A stretch of DNA of 63,222 nucleotides, counting the filler. It is 4 parts of 4 records of this genome, joined end to end, with 100 filler letters (N's around TTAATTAATTAA, not from the genome) between each part and the next. Parts side by side here need not be neighbours in the genome. Positions count along the whole stretch, not along the records: positions 55,765 to 63,222 come from SRR22947727_1176; 3 more parts are not named here. The stretch is one strand, 5' to 3'. The notes below the pieces were generated by a model, which was not told where the DNA came from, did no database searches, and worked only from the letters and a program-made list of their open reading frames with translations. The position numbers were made by a program, and so were the translations under genes. This document shows positions 60,528 through 63,222 of the stretch, in pieces. Positions within the stretch are counted from its first letter, which is position 1, and each line of letters opens with the position of its first letter.

Positions 60528-61429
60528 TGAAAGGCAAACTAAGTCACCTAGATTGGCTCGAGTCAGAAGCAATACATATTATGAGAGAGGTTGCAGGTCA
60601 GTGTGCTAACCCAGTTTTACTTTTTTCTGGAGGAAAAGATTCTCTTTGTCTTCTTAGGATTGCAGAAAAAGCTTTTCGGCCTGGTCGCTTTCCTTTTCCC
60701 TTAATGCATATTGACACGGGTCATAACTACCCTGAGGTAATAAACTTTAGGGATAATAAAACTAAGGAGCTTAGAGAGAGATTGATTGTTGCTTCTCTTG
60801 AAGAATCCATGGCTAAAGGATCGATTGTATTAAAATCTGCAGATGAACCAAGAAATAAATATCAATCTATTACGTTACTTGAAGCTATTGAAGAAAATGG
60901 ATTCGATTGTTGCATAGGTGGTGCAAGAAGAGATGAAGAAAAGGCAAGGGCAAAAGAAAGAATCATGAGCTTTCGCGATGAATTTGGGCAGTGGGATCCA
61001 AAAAATCAAAGACCAGAGTTATGGAATTTGTACAATGCAAAGGTTCACAAGGGTGAGAATATTAGAGCCTTCCCTATTTCAAACTGGACTGAAATGGATG
61101 TATGGCAGTACATTGAGAAGGAAAAATTAGAACTTCCTAGCATTTACTTTGCCCACAAAAGAGATGTCGTGAAAAGAAATGGCGCTATTGTTCCTATAAC
61201 TGAGGTTACACCGGCAGCTACCGATGAAGAAGTTGAAAACATCATGGTTAGATTTAGAACGGTTGGTGATATTACATGCACCGCACCCGTTGTAAGTAAT
61301 GCAGATTCTGTTGAAAAAATAATTATAGAAACTGCTTCAACGTTAATTACTGAAAGAGGTGAAACTCGATTAGATGATCAAGTTTCGGAAGCCTCAATGG
61401 AGCAGAGAAAAAAAGAAGGTTACTTTTAA
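60527..61429 (+). CDS. cysD: Sulfate adenylyltransferase subunit 2
   Basis: LFSGGKDS, GGARRDEEKARAKER, QRPELW, RFRTVGD. Confidence 0.97.
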   Translation: MKGKLSHLDWLESEAIHIMREVAGQCANPVLLFSGGKDSLCLLRIAEKAFRPGRFPFPLMHIDTGHNYPEVINFRDNKTKELRERLIVASLEESMAKGSIVLKSADEPRNKYQSITLLEAIEENGFDCCIGGARRDEEKARAKERIMSFRDEFGQWDPKNQRPELWNLYNAKVHKGENIRAFPISNWTEMDVWQYIEKEKLELPSIYFAHKRDVVKRNGAIVPITEVTPAATDEEVENIMVRFRTVGDITCTAPVVSNADSVEKIIIETASTLITERGETRLDDQVSEASMEQRKKEGYF

Positions 61430-62718
61430 TGAATGATACAAATCAAAACAATACAGTTCTTAGGTTCATGACATGTGGAAGTGTAGATGATGGAAAAAGC
61501 ACTCTGATTGGAAGACTTCTTTATGATACCAAGACCATACTTACAGATACCTTGAGTCAAATTGAAAAAACTTCAAAGAAAAAAGGTATGTCAGCACTTG
61601 ATTTATCTTTAATCACTGATGGACTTCAAGCCGAAAGAGAGCAAGGAATCACGATTGATGTTGCTTATCGATATTTTAGCACAGGAACTAGAAAATACAT
61701 TATTGCCGATGCACCTGGACATGAGCAATACACACGAAATATGGTGACTGCAGCTTCAACTGCTCAACTTGCAATTATTCTAGTTGATGCTCGCAAAGGA
61801 ATGCTCACTCAAACCCGAAGGCATTCTTACCTCACAAAGTTAGTTGGGATTAAACATATCATTGTTGCAATTAATAAAATGGATTTAGTAGATTACAGCG
61901 AGGAAGAATATAAAAATATTTGTAATGAATATAAATCATTTGCATCAGCTATTAAATTAGAAGAGCCAAATGTTGATATTAAGTTTGTTCCAATGTCAGC
62001 ATTGAATGGAGACATGATTGTCGATAGAGGTAGATCACTAAGTTGGTATAAAGGGCCCACACTTTTACAAATTCTTGAAAAAATTGATACGACTGAAAAA
62101 ACAAATAGTTCATTTTTAAGATTTCCTGTTCAATTTGTTTGTCGGCCCAGAGATTCATCCAATGAAAAACTTCATGATTTTAGGGCCTTTATGGGGCGAG
62201 TTGAATCGGGGCTGATGAAGATTAACGATAAAATAAAAGTACTTCCATCTAATCATGAATCTAGTATTAAAGAAATAAGAATTGGAGATAAAATAATTAC
62301 TGAAGCACATGCCGAACAATCCGTAACCGTCTCTCTCAATGATGAAATTGATATTTCGAGAGGTGATATGCTTATTCATGAGGATGATACTTTAGAAGGA
62401 TCTAAAAGCTTTACTGCGAACGTTTGTTGGCTATCTGAAACAAATCTTACTCCAAATAGGACTTATTTAATTATGCATACCTCACGCTCATCTAAAGCAA
62501 GAATTTCAAGTATTAACAATAAAATAAACATTAATACATTAGAAACAGAGCAAGCAGTTGAGCTTAAAACCAATGATATTGCAAATATCAAATTTAAATT
62601 AGCGCAACCACTTGTCCTTGATAAGTATTCTCAAAATAGAAATACAGGTTCATTCATCATAGTTGATGAAACAACCTTTCATACGGTTGGTGCAGGCATG
62701 ATTGAAACCATAGAATAA
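61429..62718 (+). CDS. cysN: Sulfate adenylyltransferase subunit 1 (no CysC domain)
   Basis: GSVDDGKSTLIGRLL, EREQGITIDVAY, DAPGHEQYTRNM, ends TVGAGMI. Confidence 0.97.
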   Translation: MNDTNQNNTVLRFMTCGSVDDGKSTLIGRLLYDTKTILTDTLSQIEKTSKKKGMSALDLSLITDGLQAEREQGITIDVAYRYFSTGTRKYIIADAPGHEQYTRNMVTAASTAQLAIILVDARKGMLTQTRRHSYLTKLVGIKHIIVAINKMDLVDYSEEEYKNICNEYKSFASAIKLEEPNVDIKFVPMSALNGDMIVDRGRSLSWYKGPTLLQILEKIDTTEKTNSSFLRFPVQFVCRPRDSSNEKLHDFRAFMGRVESGLMKINDKIKVLPSNHESSIKEIRIGDKIITEAHAEQSVTVSLNDEIDISRGDMLIHEDDTLEGSKSFTANVCWLSETNLTPNRTYLIMHTSRSSKARISSINNKININTLETEQAVELKTNDIANIKFKLAQPLVLDKYSQNRNTGSFIIVDETTFHTVGAGMIETIE

Positions 62719-62764
62719 TTTATAAAATTAATTTAAAATTCAACATTAATTTAAGGAATATAAA

Positions 62765-63097
62765 ATGACGTATGTAGTTACTCAAAGTTGTATCAAATGT
62801 AAATATACAGACTGTGTAGATGTCTGTCCTGTGGACTGCTTTGTTGAAGGACCTAATTTTTTAGCAATAGACCCTGAAGAGTGTATTGACTGTACATTAT
62901 GCGTGGCTGAGTGCCCAGTTGAAGCCATTTATGCAGATGATGATGTTCCAGAAGATCAACAAGAATTTATTGAAATCAATGAAAGATTGTCCAAAGTCTG
63001 GCCAATCATAACATCAAGAAAAGATCCATTACCTGAAGCCGAACAGTTTTCAACTAAAACAGATAAACGATCATTACTGATTGAAGAAATAAAATAA
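62765..63097 (+). CDS. fdxA: 7Fe ferredoxin (FdxA type)
   Basis: [30 protein letters not shown]. Confidence 0.93.
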   Translation: MTYVVTQSCIKCKYTDCVDVCPVDCFVEGPNFLAIDPEECIDCTLCVAECPVEAIYADDDVPEDQQEFIEINERLSKVWPIITSRKDPLPEAEQFSTKTDKRSLLIEEIK

Positions 63098-63222
63098 AGA
63101 TTACATATTTAAAAAAAAAATTTATTATTTATATATTATAATATTACGTGTATATACACTTATTTAGAACTTTTATTTAGAGGATTAATAAATTTTAATT
63201 TTTAATTTTTAATTTTTAATTT

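Noticed and set aside
63191-63222. AATTTTT tandem repeat at the window end
   Set aside because: Short low-complexity tract cut by the window edge; no function can be supported

Overview
The window joins four unrelated contigs with artificial 100-nt linkers (N-run/TTAATTAATTAA/N-run at 22665-22764, 44905-45004, 55665-55764). (1) 1-22664: AT-rich alphaproteobacterial chromosome with soxBDA, tRNA-Phe, feoAB (7-1-7 Fur-type box), tkt, parC, an M16 protease, a TRAP system, an arginyltransferase-family gene, an SLC13 permease, divergent hemB/hemA and partial glyA. (2) 22765-44904: very AT-rich siphovirus fragment with all genes on the minus strand and probably a Bacteroidota host (TAnnTTTG promoters). 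It has a giant S74-chaperone tail fibre, two tail-tube paralogues, a tail chaperone with a GGGAAAG -1 frameshift, a tape measure, an ERF/SSB/RecE recombination module, an initiator with an internal iteron origin, and a Twinkle-like primase-helicase. These are coupled to a 7-deazaguanine DNA-modification cluster (ParB-like, DpdL-like, DpdA-like, QueD, QueE with an unusual CX3CX18C motif) that predicts unsubstituted 7-deazaguanine in the phage DNA; this is the most interesting system here. (3) 45005-55664: higher-GC, Verrucomicrobia-like contig with kdsB, pyrG, tandem PilB/GspE, PilC, a pilin, an ArsC/Spx protein and an MFS transporter. (4) 55765-63222: AT-rich betaproteobacterial (Methylophilaceae/OM43-like) sulfate-assimilation locus whose CysH lacks Fe-S cysteines, with no cysC. 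All calls come from motif recognition by eye; no searches were run, and the taxonomy is inference.
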